Shown here piece after piece: positions 23,520 through 37,374 of a stretch of DNA of 64,000 nucleotides (its first letter is position 1; each line of letters opens with the position of its first letter). Location of the stretch: positions 24,554,001 to 24,618,000 of the forward strand of contig NC_086109.1 in NCBI RefSeq assembly GCF_963921235.1, in the 5' to 3' direction. A program made the position numbers and the translations under genes. This DNA comes from Mobula hypostoma (lineage: Eukaryota). Under the pieces are notes generated by a model. It was not told where the DNA came from and did not search any database. It saw only the letters and a program-made list of their open reading frames with translations.

Positions 23520-24780
23520 TTCAAATTCAAGGTCAAGTTTATGCCATTCAACCATATACACCTATGCTGCCAATGAAGAAATGTTCCTCCGGAACAAATT
23601 GCACAAAACAGTACACATAACTCACACACAACACATAAAGTAATATTATCACAAATAAATTAACAAATAATAAAATACATTCCAGAAGATTGACATTTAG
23701 CGTAAGGTGCATTTACAACACAAATTAAAAGTAAACAGTATAACACTACTGGCACTTCATACGTGATGAGATCTGGGTGGTGGCAGGGAGTTCTGTGGTC
23801 TCACAGACTAGGGGAAGAAGTTGTTTTCCATCCTAACAGTCCTTGGCCTAATGTTACGGTACCTTCTGCCTGATGGTAGGGTGTCAAAGAGATTGTTGGA
23901 TGGGAGGGATTTTTGACAATACTAGGCATTCTGCAAATGCAGTGCTCCCGATAAATAACTCAGATGGACGAAGTGAGATGCTGATGATCCTATCAGCAGC
24001 CCTTGCAATTCTTTTGTAGTGTCTCATGGTCAGATGCCTTGTAATTCTGGTACCAGACATTGATGTAGCTGGTTGTGACACTTTCAATGGTTCTCCTATA
24101 AAAATTGGTTAGAATAAGGTGGGACGGGGGAAAACCTCACTCATCTCAATCTCCTCAAGAAGTGAAAACGCTGCTGTGCTTTTTTGACTAAAGAGGTGGT
24201 GTTGAAGGACCAGGTAAGATCGTCCACTATGTGCATTCCCAGAAATTGGGTGTTCCTTACTCTCTACATGTAGAAGCCGTTCATGTGCAGTGAGGAGTGG
24301 TCAGTCTGAACCTTTCTCGTGTCCACAATCATCACTTTTGTCTTGTCCATGTAGAGACTCAAGCTGTGCTTGCTCCATTCTACCAGGTAATTTACCTGTT
24401 CTCTGTACGTCATCTCATTGTCATTGTTGATGAGGCCATCCACCGTTGCATTATCAGCGAGCTTGATGATTCGGTTTGAACTGGATCTGCTCTAGTAGTT
24501 TAGTCTTCGTTAGCAGTGTGAACAGCAATTAGCTGAGCAAGCAGCCCTAGGGAGGGAACTGGTGCTCAGTGTGAAGAAGCTAGAGATGTTGCTACCATCA
24601 TGATCTGACTGTGGTCTTTCTCTCAAGAAGTCCAATATCTAGTTACAGAGAAAGGTGTAAAGATCCAGCGAGAACTATTTACCCACCAGGTTCTGAAGGA
24701 TGAGGGTATTAAAAGCTGAACTGACATCGATAAACAGATTGCTGCCTTATGAGGCACTGTTTTCCAGGTGGGACAGGACA
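23520..24780 (-). mobile_element. Rex1/Babar LINE, decayed RT and 3' end
   Basis: Minus strand near 24420-24480 translates NRIIKLADNATVDGLINND (decayed KFADDTTVVGLI), followed by a Rex1-type C-terminus. Confidence 0.75.
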
Positions 24781-24799
24781 CCAACCAATTACCTAAAAG

Positions 24800-25170
24800 T
24801 TCAGCTTGTTTTCTCCAGAGCATGGAATGTTAATTATGATTTAATTGAGATATTCATAAAACTTAAAGGAGTTGACAGGTCAGAAACAATTTCCTCTAAG
24901 GGACTGTCCAAAACAATGAGATATAACCTCAAAATTAAAACTAGGTCAATAGTGGGTACTGTTCTCACAATGGGTCATGGAATGTTTGTGTTTTGTTCAC
25001 AATTAGCTGTTAAAACTGGAAATTGAGTTAAAGTTTTGAAACTGGAAGTGAACTGATTATCAAGTTGGTCAAGTTTACTGAACCTCGCAGAACAAATGTA
25101 AGTTCATGGAGTTCATGGTCCTAAACTTAACTGAATGGCAGGAAAAGCTGGAGGGCTGAATTTCCTACTC
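24800..25170 (+). mobile_element. Strongly decayed CR1 3' fragment
   Basis: DLIEIFIKLKGVDR in ORF 24700-25026; 3' end gagggctgaatttcctactc. Confidence 0.5.
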
Positions 25171-26329
25171 TTATTTCCTTGCTACTAAAACTCACTGAAA
25201 GCAGATGGGAATCATTCATGAAAATATCTGATCCGCACTAACATGCTGATCAACACCCAATTTATGTTTTGCCAGGATTATTCATAGCCTTGATGCAAAT
25301 GTGGGCCAAATGGCTGAAATCCAGGTGTGGGACGACTAAGTGTGGAATCTGGTAAAACACAAATCGATGGGCAGAAAGGGAAGAGCACACTAGGACCACC
25401 AATCAGTCTCCTGAACCCAATCATCCCACCTATCCTCTGATTTACAAGCATTCTGCTTCCATTCACTCCACAGTGCAGCCTAGAAGGGCTGCAGTCAGAA
25501 TTCTGATGATAGGTTATACATTACAATTACTGCAATATTTAATAATACATATATAACAAAGTACATTTTCTTCCAAGAGTTCAAATGTGAATTTCTCTTT
25601 TCTACTGCTAATTGTAAAGATGACATATTTTGTGTAAAGCTACTTTTCCCAGATTGTATAATCATAAAAGAAGTGTTTGATTTACAGGCTTCATATATAC
25701 AGCCTAATAATAGTCTAATTTTAGTATCTAAAAGGGGGCCAGGGCAGAGAGTATAAGAGAGAATATGTTGAAAATATAAATGCTGTAAATTGGGAAGCTG
25801 AGAGAAATAGGACAATGTGTTCAGACAGTGTACATTATAAACTGGAATTGAAAGCACAAGGGCAAGTCAAAGCATGAATTCGGTAGCTGAGGCCACAAAA
25901 GGATTATTTGCTAGATCATTCTGATAAAGAAAAAATATCAATTACTTTGAACGTGTAGGCAAGCGGCTGATCATATTGGCCCAGAATGTTATTCCACATA
26001 TTTGAGCTAATACTTCACGCTGTCTCTCCTACTGCTGTTTGGGAATCTGGGACTGTTGCAGGAGAGGTGCTACACCGTGGGAGTGACAATGTTGTGGGAA
26101 CGCCACTCCATCACAATGGTGGCATTGTTCTGCCAGAAGGGAAAGTAAAATACAGGAAAGGGCAAGAGTGGGTCATTTGTCTCCTTATTCCTGCTGTGAA
26201 AATCCATGGCAGATTTTCATAACTCAACACCAGCCTCTTGTGATAACTACTGAAGAGCCAACATGGAGAGTGCATGGCATTGTTGTAGGTAATGAAACGT
26301 TAAACTATGTGACTGCTTTAAGTCTGTAC

Positions 26330-28430
26330 ATTCACCCATGTTCAATGACTAGATAGGTATGTCACATCATCACAGACTTTATCATCAAGTGCGCTGAGGA
26401 CCATATAGGTTTCCCAAACTGGAAACCATGGATGAACCAAGGGATTCACTAACAACTGAAGGCTATGTCTGCAGTCCTGGACTTCAATAGTTAGTGGATC
26501 AGTTGACCATAACGTTTAAGGAAAATCAAGATACGGCCTCCATAAAGCTATCAGAGATGCCAAGAGACAATGTGAATGAAAAATTGAGTCCCAAATCAGT
26601 TGTGGCAGGGCTTACATACAATGATGTGTTATAAAATGAAGTCATGCATCGTGGCCGACACCAGTGCATCCCGTTTCAATGAGCTGAACGTACCTCATGC
26701 ACATTTTGAATAGAAGGGGGTTGATATGCCACCACCCACCTGGAAAGACTCCAAAGCACCTGAACCACAGTCACCATTATGGGCATAAGATCTGTTTTCT
26801 GGAGAGTGAACTCGCAGAAAGCACCTGGCCCAGATGGTGTTCCAAGCAGTGTCCTTGGTTCCTGTGCAGATCAGCTGGCCGTGGTATTTTCAGACATTTT
26901 TAACCCCTCTCTCTCTGCTTCATTCTGAGGCTCCTGCCTGTTTTAAGAAGATGACTATCATCCTAGTACCTAAGAAAAACGAAGGAATATGCTTTAGTGA
27001 CTACTGCTCAGTAGATTTGACACCCATCATTATGAGGTGCTTTGAGAGAGTGGACATTGCATGAAATAATGAGTTGGCCAGCTTCCCATGCAACTTTGAA
27101 GTCAACTACTTCAATTCACCTACTATTGAAGTAGGTCTATGGGAGAAGCCATCTTCTGGTCCAACACTTACCTCTGGAGCATCTCGACAGGGAAGACATC
27201 TATGTTAGATGATTGCTTATTGACTGCAGCTCTGCCTTCAGTTCTATGATTCCAAGTAATCATCGCCAAACCTCTAGTGTTGGGAGTCAACATCTCACTC
27301 TGCAACTGTATCCTCCACTTCCTGATCAAGGGACGGCAATCAGGAATGCTAGGCAGCAACACGCCCGCTACGATTAATCTCAACAAGTGCGCCACAAGTT
27401 TACATCTTCACCCTTCTACTTTGCTCCCTGTATACTTGCGACTGTGTGGCCAAATTCTGCTCTAACTCCATCTGCAAGTTTGCAGATGGTACCGTCATAG
27501 TAGGCCATATCACAAATAATGGTGAGTCAAAGTACAGGAAGGAGATCGGGAGTTTAGAAACATGAGTCATGACCACAATCTTTCTCTCGATGTCAGCAAA
27601 ACAAAAGAGCTGGCCATTGACTTCAAGAAGTGTGTGGGGGGGGGGGGGCGGAGGGCGCTGTCTTCTGTTTAGATCAATGGTACAGAGGTCGAGAGGGTTG
27701 AGAACTTCAGGTTCCTTGGAGTGAATGTCAATGACAGCCTGTTCAGCTCCAACCACGCCAACACCACAGCCAAGAACATTCATCAATGCCTCTACTTCCA
27801 CAGGAACGTAAAGAAATTTGTCATGTCCCCATCAATCCTTCTCTATTTTTATTGATGCACCATAGGTAGCATCCTATCTGGATAATGGCTTGATACATCA
27901 AACTGTTCTGCATGTAACCGCAAGAAATTGTAGGGCAAGGATTCCCAAGCTGGGGTCCACTGACCCTTTTTTAAATAGTATTGGTCCATGGCATAAAAAA
28001 TGTTGGGAACTCCTGCTTAGAGAGTTTTGAACTCAGCTAGGCACATCATGGAAACCAGCCTACCCTCTGTGGATTCTATCTATACTTCTCACTGCCTCAG
28101 TAAATCAACCAACATAAAGAACCCAGCCACCCTATCTATTAAGCCTGAAAATATGTAACACCTGGCTCAAGGACAGGTTCTATCCCATGGTTATGAGGCT
28201 ACTGAATGGTTTCCTTGACCTCACAGTCCACCTGGTTATGGTCTTGCATCTTATTGTTTACCTGCTCTGCACTTTCTCTGCAGTTACACCGTATTCAACA
28301 TCTTGTTACTGTTTTAATTTGTACTATCTCAATGCACGGTGTAATGAGTCAATCTATATGAACTGCATGCAAGACAAGCTCCTCACTGTACCTCAGTACA
28401 TGTGAAAATAATAACCCCATTCCAAATCCA
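26330..28430 (+). mobile_element. Rex1/Babar LINE, ~2.1 kb decayed RT and 3' end
   Basis: PACFKKMTIILVPKK...DYCSVDLTPIIMRCFER (ORF 26834-27064); aagtttgcagatggtacc (KFADGT) near 27480; Rex1-type tail. Confidence 0.8.
27936..28015. mobile_element. Small hAT (Charlie-like) MITE inside Rex1
   Basis: Imperfect TIRs caaggattcccaa / ttgggaactcctg; TSD not clean. Confidence 0.5.
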
Positions 28431-29359
28431 AAATCAAGGCATGTCCTGCAGTTTTTAAACTGTTGAAGTGCTGCTCCTTTTCACTCGAGGAGAAATGCTT
28501 TATACATTTACAAATGAATAAAGCATTGTAAACAGGTAAATGCTAACACAGCCCGGCCCTTGTGAAGAACAAATGGCAACAGCTGCAGGCAGCAAGTCCT
28601 TGTTGCTTTAAAGTAGAAGGGCCCCAGTCATTCAAAATGTGCCTCACGAGCAGCACCGGATTTATGTGGGCTGTTGATTAACACCAAACACATACGGACA
28701 AGTCCAAAACTGCAGAAAATTCTGGCCCTCTAGAAATCTACTGTCTTGTTGGCAGTTCAGGGTCACTTCAACAACAGATGTAGAATTACATGTATAATTC
28801 TGTAATGTTGTTTTCTTCACGGTAATGCATTTCAATCTTAATTATTTTCTGCTGTAAAAATCTGGGCTAGTTTTGTGTTTTTCTGAAGATTCCAGCAGGT
28901 TCTTCTTGGCAGGAGCCATCGTGTGGACTTACACCTCCGGGACACATAGGATGTCGTCATTTCTCAGGGACTACGCATCACATTATCCCAGGGCACTTTC
29001 ACCAGGATCTCCCAGGACACCATTGTTTAGCACTTCACCACTTAACTGCCATCCCACCAGTGCAAATTATCTTGGGGCTCCCACGTGTTACAATGACCAT
29101 GCCATTAAAAGATGCCCTTTCAATCTCCCAAACCCTGGGTCGGGGAATGTCCTTACTCTGAACTCCCTGCTCCCTCACCTCATCAAATCTCCATTCTCCA
29201 ATCTCCCTCACTACACTGATCTTTCTTCAAATCACCCTCGTACCTCCAGCACTGATATACAATTCTTTGCAACTCATGTCCTCAGTATTCTTTTTACTTT
29301 CACAATTCTTTTACACATTGGTTATTTGTCCGTCTTTGTTTATCTATAACATTTCATGT

Positions 29360-29663
29360 GTTGGCACGTGGCCAAGTGGTTAAGGTGTCAGTCTAGTGAT
29401 CTGAAGGTCGTTAGTTCAAGCCTTAGCTGAGGCAGCATGTTGTGTCCTTGAGCAAGGTACTTAACCACACATTGCTCTGCAATGACACTGGTGCCAAACT
29501 ATATCGGCTCTAGTGCTCTTCCCTTGGACAACATCGGTGGCGTGGAGAGGGGAGACTTGCAGCATGGGCAACTGCTGGTCTTTCATACAACCTTGCCCAG
29601 GCCTGCACCCTGGAAACCTTCCAAAACGCAATTCCACGGTCTCACAAGACTAATGGATGCCTA
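29360..29663 (+). mobile_element. tRNA-derived SINE with a CORE-like domain
   Basis: A box tggccaagtgg, B box agttcaagcc, CORE-like gtccttgagcaaggtacttaacc. Inserted in a Rex1 tail with duplicated atttcat. Confidence 0.7.
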
Positions 29664-29989
29664 TAGAATATTTCATAAAATTCTATTGTATTTGTCTTTT
29701 TCTTGTAAATGTCTCCAAGGAAATAAACCTCAGGGTAGAATATATGCACTTTGATGATGAATCTATTTTGAAATTTGATATATTCTCTGATCTCCCCTTC
29801 ACCTCTATATTACTGATTTCTGCTTCCCTCTCTCCCCTACACCACTGATCCAGTACCTCTGATCATTGCTATTGCTGACTCCTCCTCCAACTCCCATCAT
29901 CACTACCCTGGCTGCTTTCTCCTCTAATCTTCCTCACCACCTCCACCCATTCCTCTCTCCTCCAGTCCCTGCCAATACTGCTGCCATTG

Positions 29990-30800
29990 TATTTTATTTC
30001 ATTTAGCAGTATTGCTCAGTAACAGACCCTTCTGGTGTAACGAGACCTTGCCACCCAATTACATCCATGTAAAACATAGAAACATAGAAAACCTACAGCA
30101 CAATATAGGCCCTTCACCCCACAAAGTTGTGCTGAACATATCCCTACCTTAGAAATTACTAGGCTTACCCAAAGCCCTCTATTTTACTAAGCTCCATGTA
30201 CCTATCTTAATGTCTCTTAAAAGACCCTATCGTATCCGCCTCCACCACCGTTGCCGGCAGCCCATTCCACGCACTCACAACTCTCTGCATAAAAAAACTT
30301 ACCCCTGACATCTCCTCTGTACCTACTCCCCAGCACCTTAAACCTGTGACCTCTTGTGGCAACCATTTCAGCCCTGGGAAAAACCCTCTGACTATCCACA
30401 CAATCCATACCTCTCATCATCTTATACACCTCTATCATGTCACCTCTCATCCTCCGTCGCTCCAAGGAGAAGAGGCAGAGTTCACTCAACCTATTCTCAT
30501 GAGGCATGCTCCCCAATCCAGGCAACATCCTTGTAAATCTCCTCTGCACCCTTTCTATGTTTTCCACATCCTTCCTGTAGCGAGGCGATCAGAACTGAGC
30601 ACAGTACTCCAAGTGGGGTCTTACTTACTTACTTAACCTACTAACCCGCATGTCTTTGGAACGTGGGATGAAAATGGACCACCCACTGGAAGTCCACACG
30701 GTCACGGGAAGAACTCCTTATAGACAGCAGAGGAATTGGAGCTGGGTGGTTGGTGGTGTAATGGTGTTACGTTTACCACTACGCTACTGTGCCACCCTGA
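29990..30800 (-). mobile_element. V-SINE split by a CR1 insertion
   Basis: SINE tail at 29990-30070; V core and head at 30625-30800. Confidence 0.6.
30071..30620 (-). mobile_element. CR1 LINE, 5'-truncated
   Basis: ORF 30217-30567 (IERVQRRFTRMLPGL...RRRMRGDMIEVYKMMRG...TRGHRFKV); (TTTCTATG)n tail. Confidence 0.85.
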
Positions 30801-31309
30801 GCAGAGAAAAATCAGTTCAGTTGGGGAGAATGGAGGATGAGCCAGTGATTAGGGGTATCAGAGTAGGCACATACCCTAATTCAGGCTTTGGGAAACAGGT
30901 TGGCGAATTTGTCCGCACTCCAACCCCAACAGCAAGTGCTAGACTCTGGTTTCTAATCTACTTGTCTCTACCAAATGCCAGGCGTAGCTTCAGTTGCCTC
31001 ACATTCAATCCTGTCTGAAACAGGTTCAAAGGACCTATTTGTTTCTGATCCCCTAGCCACCCACCCCAAACCCAGCCAGGTCCTGGATGGGAGAAACCGA
31101 TGCTCCATTCCCAGTTCAGTCAATGTGCAACTCCCAGCCTGTTGTACCAAGGGTGTGGATCCGTGGAGAAAGTGAGTTCTTCAGTGGAGACATAACGGCC
31201 ATCAGTGCCACACTGTTACATCTTCCCAGCATACACTAAGTTCCTAAGCACCTAAAAACCATGATGCACAAGGTGGAGAAGGAAGTCAGCAACTCTATGT
31301 AACAAATGT

Positions 31310-32220
31310 AGAACTTCGATGAGTATAGCACAGGAACAGGCCTTTAGCACATGATGTCATCCTGAACTGATCAAACCTAACAGTTAAAAACCTACTGAAC
31401 TAATTCCCTCTGCCTACGCATTCATCTCCCTCCATTCTCTGAAACAGCTTAATAATATTTGCCTCCGCTACCGCCCCGGTAGCACATTCCAAGGACCCAG
31501 CCTTCTCTGTAAAAAACTTGCCCTGAAAAATCTTCTTTGAACTTAACCTCTCAACTTAAAGTCAAGTGCTCTAGAATAAGACATTTTGACCCTGAGGTGC
31601 TGAGGCTTTATAAGACATTGCTTGAACTCCACATTTGGAATAGTGTGAGCAGTTTTGGCCCTACTTCCAAGAAAGGATATGCTGGCATTGGAAATTATCT
31701 AGAGGAGGTTTATGAGAATGATCCCAGCGTCGAACATGTTGATGTTTCCGGAGTGTTTGGTGGCTCCGGGCCCGTACTCGCTGGAGTTTAGAAGAATGGG
31801 GTGGTGGGGGGGGGGGGGATCTCATCGAAACCTACCAAATATTGAAAGGCCTAGATAAGGGCATGTTGAAAGGATGATTTCAGTAAAAGAGGGTCTAGGA
31901 ACAGAGAGCACAGCTTCAGAGTAGAAGTCCTTTATAAGAGATGATTTTGTTGAATTCATTGCCACATATGGCTGTGGAGGCCAAGTCATTGGGTATGTTT
32001 AGAGCGGAGGTTGATTAGTAAGGGCATCAAAGGCTACAGCAAGAAGGCAGTAGAATGTTGAGAAAGAAAATAAATCAGCCATTATTGAAGGGAAGAGCAG
32101 ACTCAATGGGCTGAATGGCCTCATTCTGTTCTTATGTCTAATGCTCTTATAAAACGATACTGCTGTTTATCTATGCCCTTCATAACGTCATAAACTTTTA
32201 TCAGGTCTCCCTTCAGAATC
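31310..32220. mobile_element. Plus-strand CR1 (~31595-32150) nested in a minus-strand CR1
   Basis: EVLRLYKTL in ORF 31537-31791; minus-strand CR1 sequence flanks both sides. Confidence 0.6.
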
Positions 32221-32439
32221 CACCTTGCTGGCTACTATGCCTATGGCAGCTCATTGAAAGAACTATAGAGTCATACAGCTGTTTGGCCACCATGTCTGTG
32301 CCTATCGTCAAGTTTTTTTTATCAATACCTATCAACCTTTGATACTAATTCCATTTGACATTACTTGGTCCATACTCTATTATGCTTTTCAGCACAAGTA
32401 TTCATCTGTGTTCTTTTTGAATAAAGTAGCAAACACGTT

Positions 32440-32745
32440 TGGGCACCACTGTAGCGTAGCGGGTTAGCGTGACATAATTACAGCTCGGGATATCAAAGTT
32501 CAGAGTTCAATCCAGGTGTCATCTGTAAGGAGTCCATACGTCCTCCCTGAGGAATGCGTGGGTTTTCCCTGGCTGATATAGTTTCCTCCTACAGTGCAAA
32601 GATGTACAGGGTAGGTTGATAAGTCATGGTAAATTGTCCCATGATTAGGTTAGGGTTAACTCAGGGTAGCCAGGGATTGCTGGGACAGCACTGCTGAAAG
32701 GACCGGAAATCGGTAGTCTGCGCTGTATCACTAAATAAAATAAAT
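32440..32745 (+). mobile_element. V-SINE (HE1-like), near full length
   Basis: tRNA head gtagcgtagcgggttagcg...gagttcaatcc, V core gggttttccctgg...gtttcctcctacag, A-rich end. Confidence 0.78.
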
Positions 32746-33329
32746 ACATTCATTGAATGCTGATTCACAGCACACCACTGCTTGACTGGCAATCCTAAAG
32801 ATCAGCTTGAGGGTACAATACTTAACCAAAAGTCAGTGATACGATTTTAGTCATGTTAACCTATTGCCTGACTGCATCCCCCAGCTACTGACTTAGCAGG
32901 AAGGAGAGAACTTTGTATGCCTTAGGCAAGGTGGAGAGATCAGCTCACTTAAGGTACAGAAAAGTTCGAGATTGAATTGAAATACATAGCTAGGGACGTT
33001 TCTATTCACAGAGCTGATCTCTCTGGATGCCCAAAGGACAATCTTTGTCACTTAGAAAAGGAAGATCACCAGCAATATTTTCTGTGACTGATAAGTTACA
33101 AGCAAGGAATCATTATTTTGAACAGCAGATAGGTCACTGTTCCTGAATACTTTGTCGTCAGGTTCATCCATTCTAAATGTCAGTTAGGGTGATTCATCCA
33201 ATGGCATATCCAGGACTACTTTTTCTGCTTCCAAGCCAGATATGTCAACATTATGGAACATAAGTTCAAAATAAAAGATTAATACATCCATTTTATCCTT
33301 GGTCTAATTATTTTAATCAAAGATATCAT

Positions 33330-33690
33330 TGTAATGACTTGTTGCTACCAGAGGACTAGAATATGAAAGCACGTCGCGTTATAATGCATTGGTCAGACTA
33401 CACTTGGGGTATTGTGAGCCATTTGGACCCCATATCTTAGAAAGGATGGACATAAAAGTTGCTGGTGAATGCAGCAGGCCAGGCAGCATCTCTAGGAAGA
33501 GGTACAGTCGACGTTTATTTAAGACAAGGTTGGATAGATTTTTTGCATTGTAGAGGAATTAAGGGTTATGGGGAAAAGGCAGGTAGGTGAAAATCAGTCC
33601 ATGGCCAGATCGGCCATGATCTTTTTGAATGGCGGAGCAGGCTCGATGGGCCAGATGGCCGACTCCTGCTCCTATTTCTTATGTTATGTT
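33330..33690 (+). mobile_element. CR1 pieces joined by a short inverted Penelope-like 3'-end fragment (~33449-33516)
   Basis: The middle matches 17555-17622 and stops inside the hammerhead (cagtcgacgttt); the flanks are CR1-like. Confidence 0.6.
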
Positions 33691-35697
33691 TCTGGGAGAG
33701 ACCTTTGAGATCACATTGCACAATATACAGGAATAGCTCCGGACCAGAGTGAGTGCAAGCTTTTCTTTTGGGAAAGCTGGTGAATAAGTCACATCTTTCC
33801 TCTGGCCTGACTGCAGGCCATTCATAGTCAAACGCTAAGTTCATGCAACCTGATTCTGATTCCCAACCAGCCTCATCGCTCTGTTTGGTGGGCTGCAAGC
33901 ACCTGATGAGGAATTTATTCCTACAGATTCTTCATTTCCATATCAGTAATCTGGGAACCCGGTTAACTGAGGGAAGAAGTCACAGTGAGAAGGATAAAAG
34001 CAAGAGGTATAATGAAACCATCTGAAATTGTAAACTCAGAGTGGTTAGAAAAAAACAGAAAATGTTGACAATACTCATCATGTCAGTCTGCATACATTGG
34101 AGGAAAACTGAGTTAATATATCGTCCAAGATTCTTCATCAGAGCAAAGTGGTTATTAGGTGATGGAGAGTTGCACTGAGAAGGTGCAGTAGTTACAAATA
34201 TATGTTCAATAATCTCTGCATACTGTCTTTCCTCCTCATTCCCAGCCATGGCCACATGACAGCCAACCTTCAGATTGTGGGCAGCTCAACATCGATGGTA
34301 TCGAACAATCCTTCCTGCTGGAAATGCCTGTCTGCTACTTTCTACTGCAGAAAGGAAGAGTGTTGTGTTTACAATATGCCAGTCTCCACTGGTGAAGAGA
34401 ATTACAGTGGAACAGTGCAGAAGCATGTGATCTGCAAGGTGTGGATATGTGCGGTGGAGCGTTGGGAAATACGTGAGCAGGTAATTGTGTAGGCAGTAGA
34501 TAAATGGAACTGAATGGAGCTGTGTTTCAGTTTTGTGCGGCATCTGCCGGGATAAAGAATTTACTGATATCACACACATATGAAGTCATAGGTTTATACA
34601 GCACATAAACAGCCCCTTTAGTCCACCACGTAAAAGCTGTCATTTTTACCCATTTATACATGTTCCATTTGCAATTGTCCTTCCTGCAAGCATTCTCTTA
34701 TTGCTGTGTCTTCAGCCTCCTCAGGTTGAGAAGATATCCTCCCCCTTTCCATCCTCACTTTGTGCAAGGGATCAACGAGCACCCTCTGTAACTGCAGCAG
34801 AGTATCGAAGAATCAAGATGTCTGCTCCCAAAAACACTTTCCAAAGCTGTGCGATGACTACCAACGCTGATAGGCAGGGAGCATGTCCCTGATGTGGTGT
34901 GCAAGGATAATTTCAATTAGCAGCAGTTGGCTTCAGCTGTGCTGGGGATTACTAATATTATTTCCCACATATGTGCTCTTAATGCACAAAACATTGTCAT
35001 GGGTGCTGTCTGATCACTGCCATTATTATAATGAGGTGTGTGCACGAATCTCAAGTGCCTGCCACACAAGGTCAATCTGTCTCATGATCAAATTTCTAAG
35101 CCATTGCTTTTTAGAGTTGTGTCCTGGGATATCAGGATTTAGAACTGTTTCCCATTAATATGATCAGCATGAGGCAGGTATCTAGTTTAAGGACAGACTA
35201 TCTGATTGAACTCCATTCGTCATCAGACAAACCAAAAATAACAAGTTTATAAAGCACCTGAAATGCATTACCGAGTTCTAAAGTGCATCATGGTGGAGAG
35301 CTTGACAGTTAGAGACAGGATGATAACTGAAGACCCAGTCAAACGAATGGGCCTTGAACAGGTTATTGAGCGGGAGGAGAGTGATCACGCAATGAAAGTA
35401 TTTAGGGAGAAATCCGTAGGGTGCTGAGAATGAAAGAAAAATGAATTTATATGAGAGAAAGGAATGTGATGCAAACAAGGCAGCAGAGGGAGAAAGGCAG
35501 CCTATTGAGCACTGAGGCAGAAGTTTTGAATAAACTGGTTTTATTGATGGATGTTGTACCAGCCAGAGTATCGTGGGGGCTAGCTTTCCTTTTCATCTTT
35601 AAAATTGTGCTTTGGAGTTCTTTTTTCCTAAATGCACCAAAGGACAGGCAAATCTGCCATTTAAGGGAAGATTTGTATGGCTGCTATCTCCTGGAGT

Positions 35698-36455
35698 TAA
35701 GATGGCACCAAATGGCTCCATCTTTGAGCTCACCTGTGAAAATCAGCTTAATTCCTCTCTTTATTGTCCTGTTTTTTCTTCTCTTCAAGGTGGCTGGGAT
35801 TCTATTGAGGTCCTCATCTGCAAGTAGGCACTCAAGATGTGTTTTTTTTTAAACTGCAAACGACTTCCCGTTCTTGGAGCTCATCAGTTGATCATTTTCC
35901 AACATTCTTCAGGCGCGGCTTGGAAGGTGGTGCTTTTGGGGTGCAGCCCTGAGCGGCCCTGTGGATGACTGATTTCAGCCCAGTGTTGCAGGCCGAGGCA
36001 TCGCGGGAGAAGGAACGTCAGGATTTTGCTGCAGATGTATGATAAGGGGCGCAGCAGACAATGATATCGTAACAGCAACTGTCAGTCTCCCCTTTTGCTG
36101 CAAAAATGGATGATCTCTCTCCGTGCCTTGTTGGTGTGAGAGAGAGAGAGAGAGAGAGAGAGCTTGTGGCACGTCAAACTCTCAAGTAAACAATAGTTTT
36201 TGTTGACTGCTGATCATGGTCTCCCATTGGGTGCTTTGCTTTTGTTGGTGGGTGGTGGCGCTGAGACTGTTTGCTGAAACAGGCGAGCATGTGGGGGGGG
36301 ATGTTGTTGCATTGATGCTTGCTACTACTTGCACAGGGAGGGGGGAGAGGGGGCTTTGGGCTTCTAACATATTTCCGTTCATTCTGTTTCTCATGGATGT
36401 CTGTGAAGACAAGTATTTCAGGTTGAATACTGTATACATTTTCTGATAATAAAAA
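35698..36455 (+). mobile_element. Non-autonomous Rex1-like repeat (AAGATGGC head, Rex1-like tail)
   Basis: Starts taagatggc, has a CpG-richer body and ends tttcaggttgaatactgtatacatttt. Related pieces at 37375-38167 (-), 52563-52833 (+) and 54230-54420 (-). Confidence 0.45.
36138..36162 (+). repeat. (GA)12 microsatellite
   Basis: Read directly. Confidence 0.9.
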
Positions 36456-37109
36456 GAATCACCGTTTGAACCATTTGACTGCAGACCTGCCCCACCAGCC
36501 CTGCAGTGATCTCGCTCTAGTGATCCTCCAGGAGACAGCCACCCTTGATACTGTCCTCCGACCCTGCAGTGTCCCATGACCAACGGTCCACCAAAAAACA
36601 ATGTCTCTCAGTGCTAAAGCAGGATCTCGACCCTAATCTTCAACCATTTCTTTGCCTCTGCAGGTGATGTTTGACCCATTGAGTTCCTCCAGTAGTTTGT
36701 TTATTTTTGTGCCACATTCTATCATCTGCAGCATCTTATGTCTCACTTGTGACTCCTCAGTACTGCCTACCAACCTTATAGTGCTCTGTTTCTATTCACC
36801 CCTGGCAGACAACATCCCCCAGCTTAGCCAACTAACAGTGTTGTGTCCTATCTGTAGTCACCCTCTAAATGTTCAGACCTTCCTCATTACTGCCCCAGCA
36901 CTAGTTTATAGAAAACAAAGGACTTTTCCATCGACAAAGAACTTCAAGTTCTCCAACTTGACACAAATTTCAGAAAACCCCTTTTGAACAAGAAGGCAGC
37001 ATTTCCCGTCCTCAACTTGGAAGAATCCCTGAGAAATATTGGACTAAAAAGAATTTTACAAATTCCATGCATCTGAGCAAACAATTCAACAACCAGTCTC
37101 CCCAGAAGT

Positions 37110-37265
37110 TTTGCAGATGCTGGAAAGCTTGATCAACACATCTTGAACTGGAGGAACTTAGCAGGTCAGGCAGCATCTAAGGAGGGAAATAAACAGTCAA
37201 TGTTTCAGGCTGAGGCATTTGACTAAGACCTGTGGAGCTTCTCCAGCATTTTGTGCACGTTGCTC
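37110..37265. mobile_element. Decayed short Penelope-derived fold-back
   Basis: Minus-strand 3' end running up to the hammerhead remnant, then plus-strand ctccagcattttgtg. Confidence 0.55.
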
Positions 37266-37374
37266 AACAACAGGGCTTCATACAGTCAGCATTCAACAGG
37301 AATCAGGCTGATCATCTGATGCACAAGCAGCATCTCAAATTCCACCTGACCGGGACTATTGCACCTACTTAGAA

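Noticed and set aside
29360..29440. tRNA gene
   Set aside because: A and B boxes are present but there is no convincing cloverleaf, and it continues into a SINE body also seen at 56605-56830.
34202..34492. Cys-rich ORF with acceptor- and donor-like ends
   Set aside because: No recognisable domain or cysteine spacing and no neighbouring exons to support a gene.
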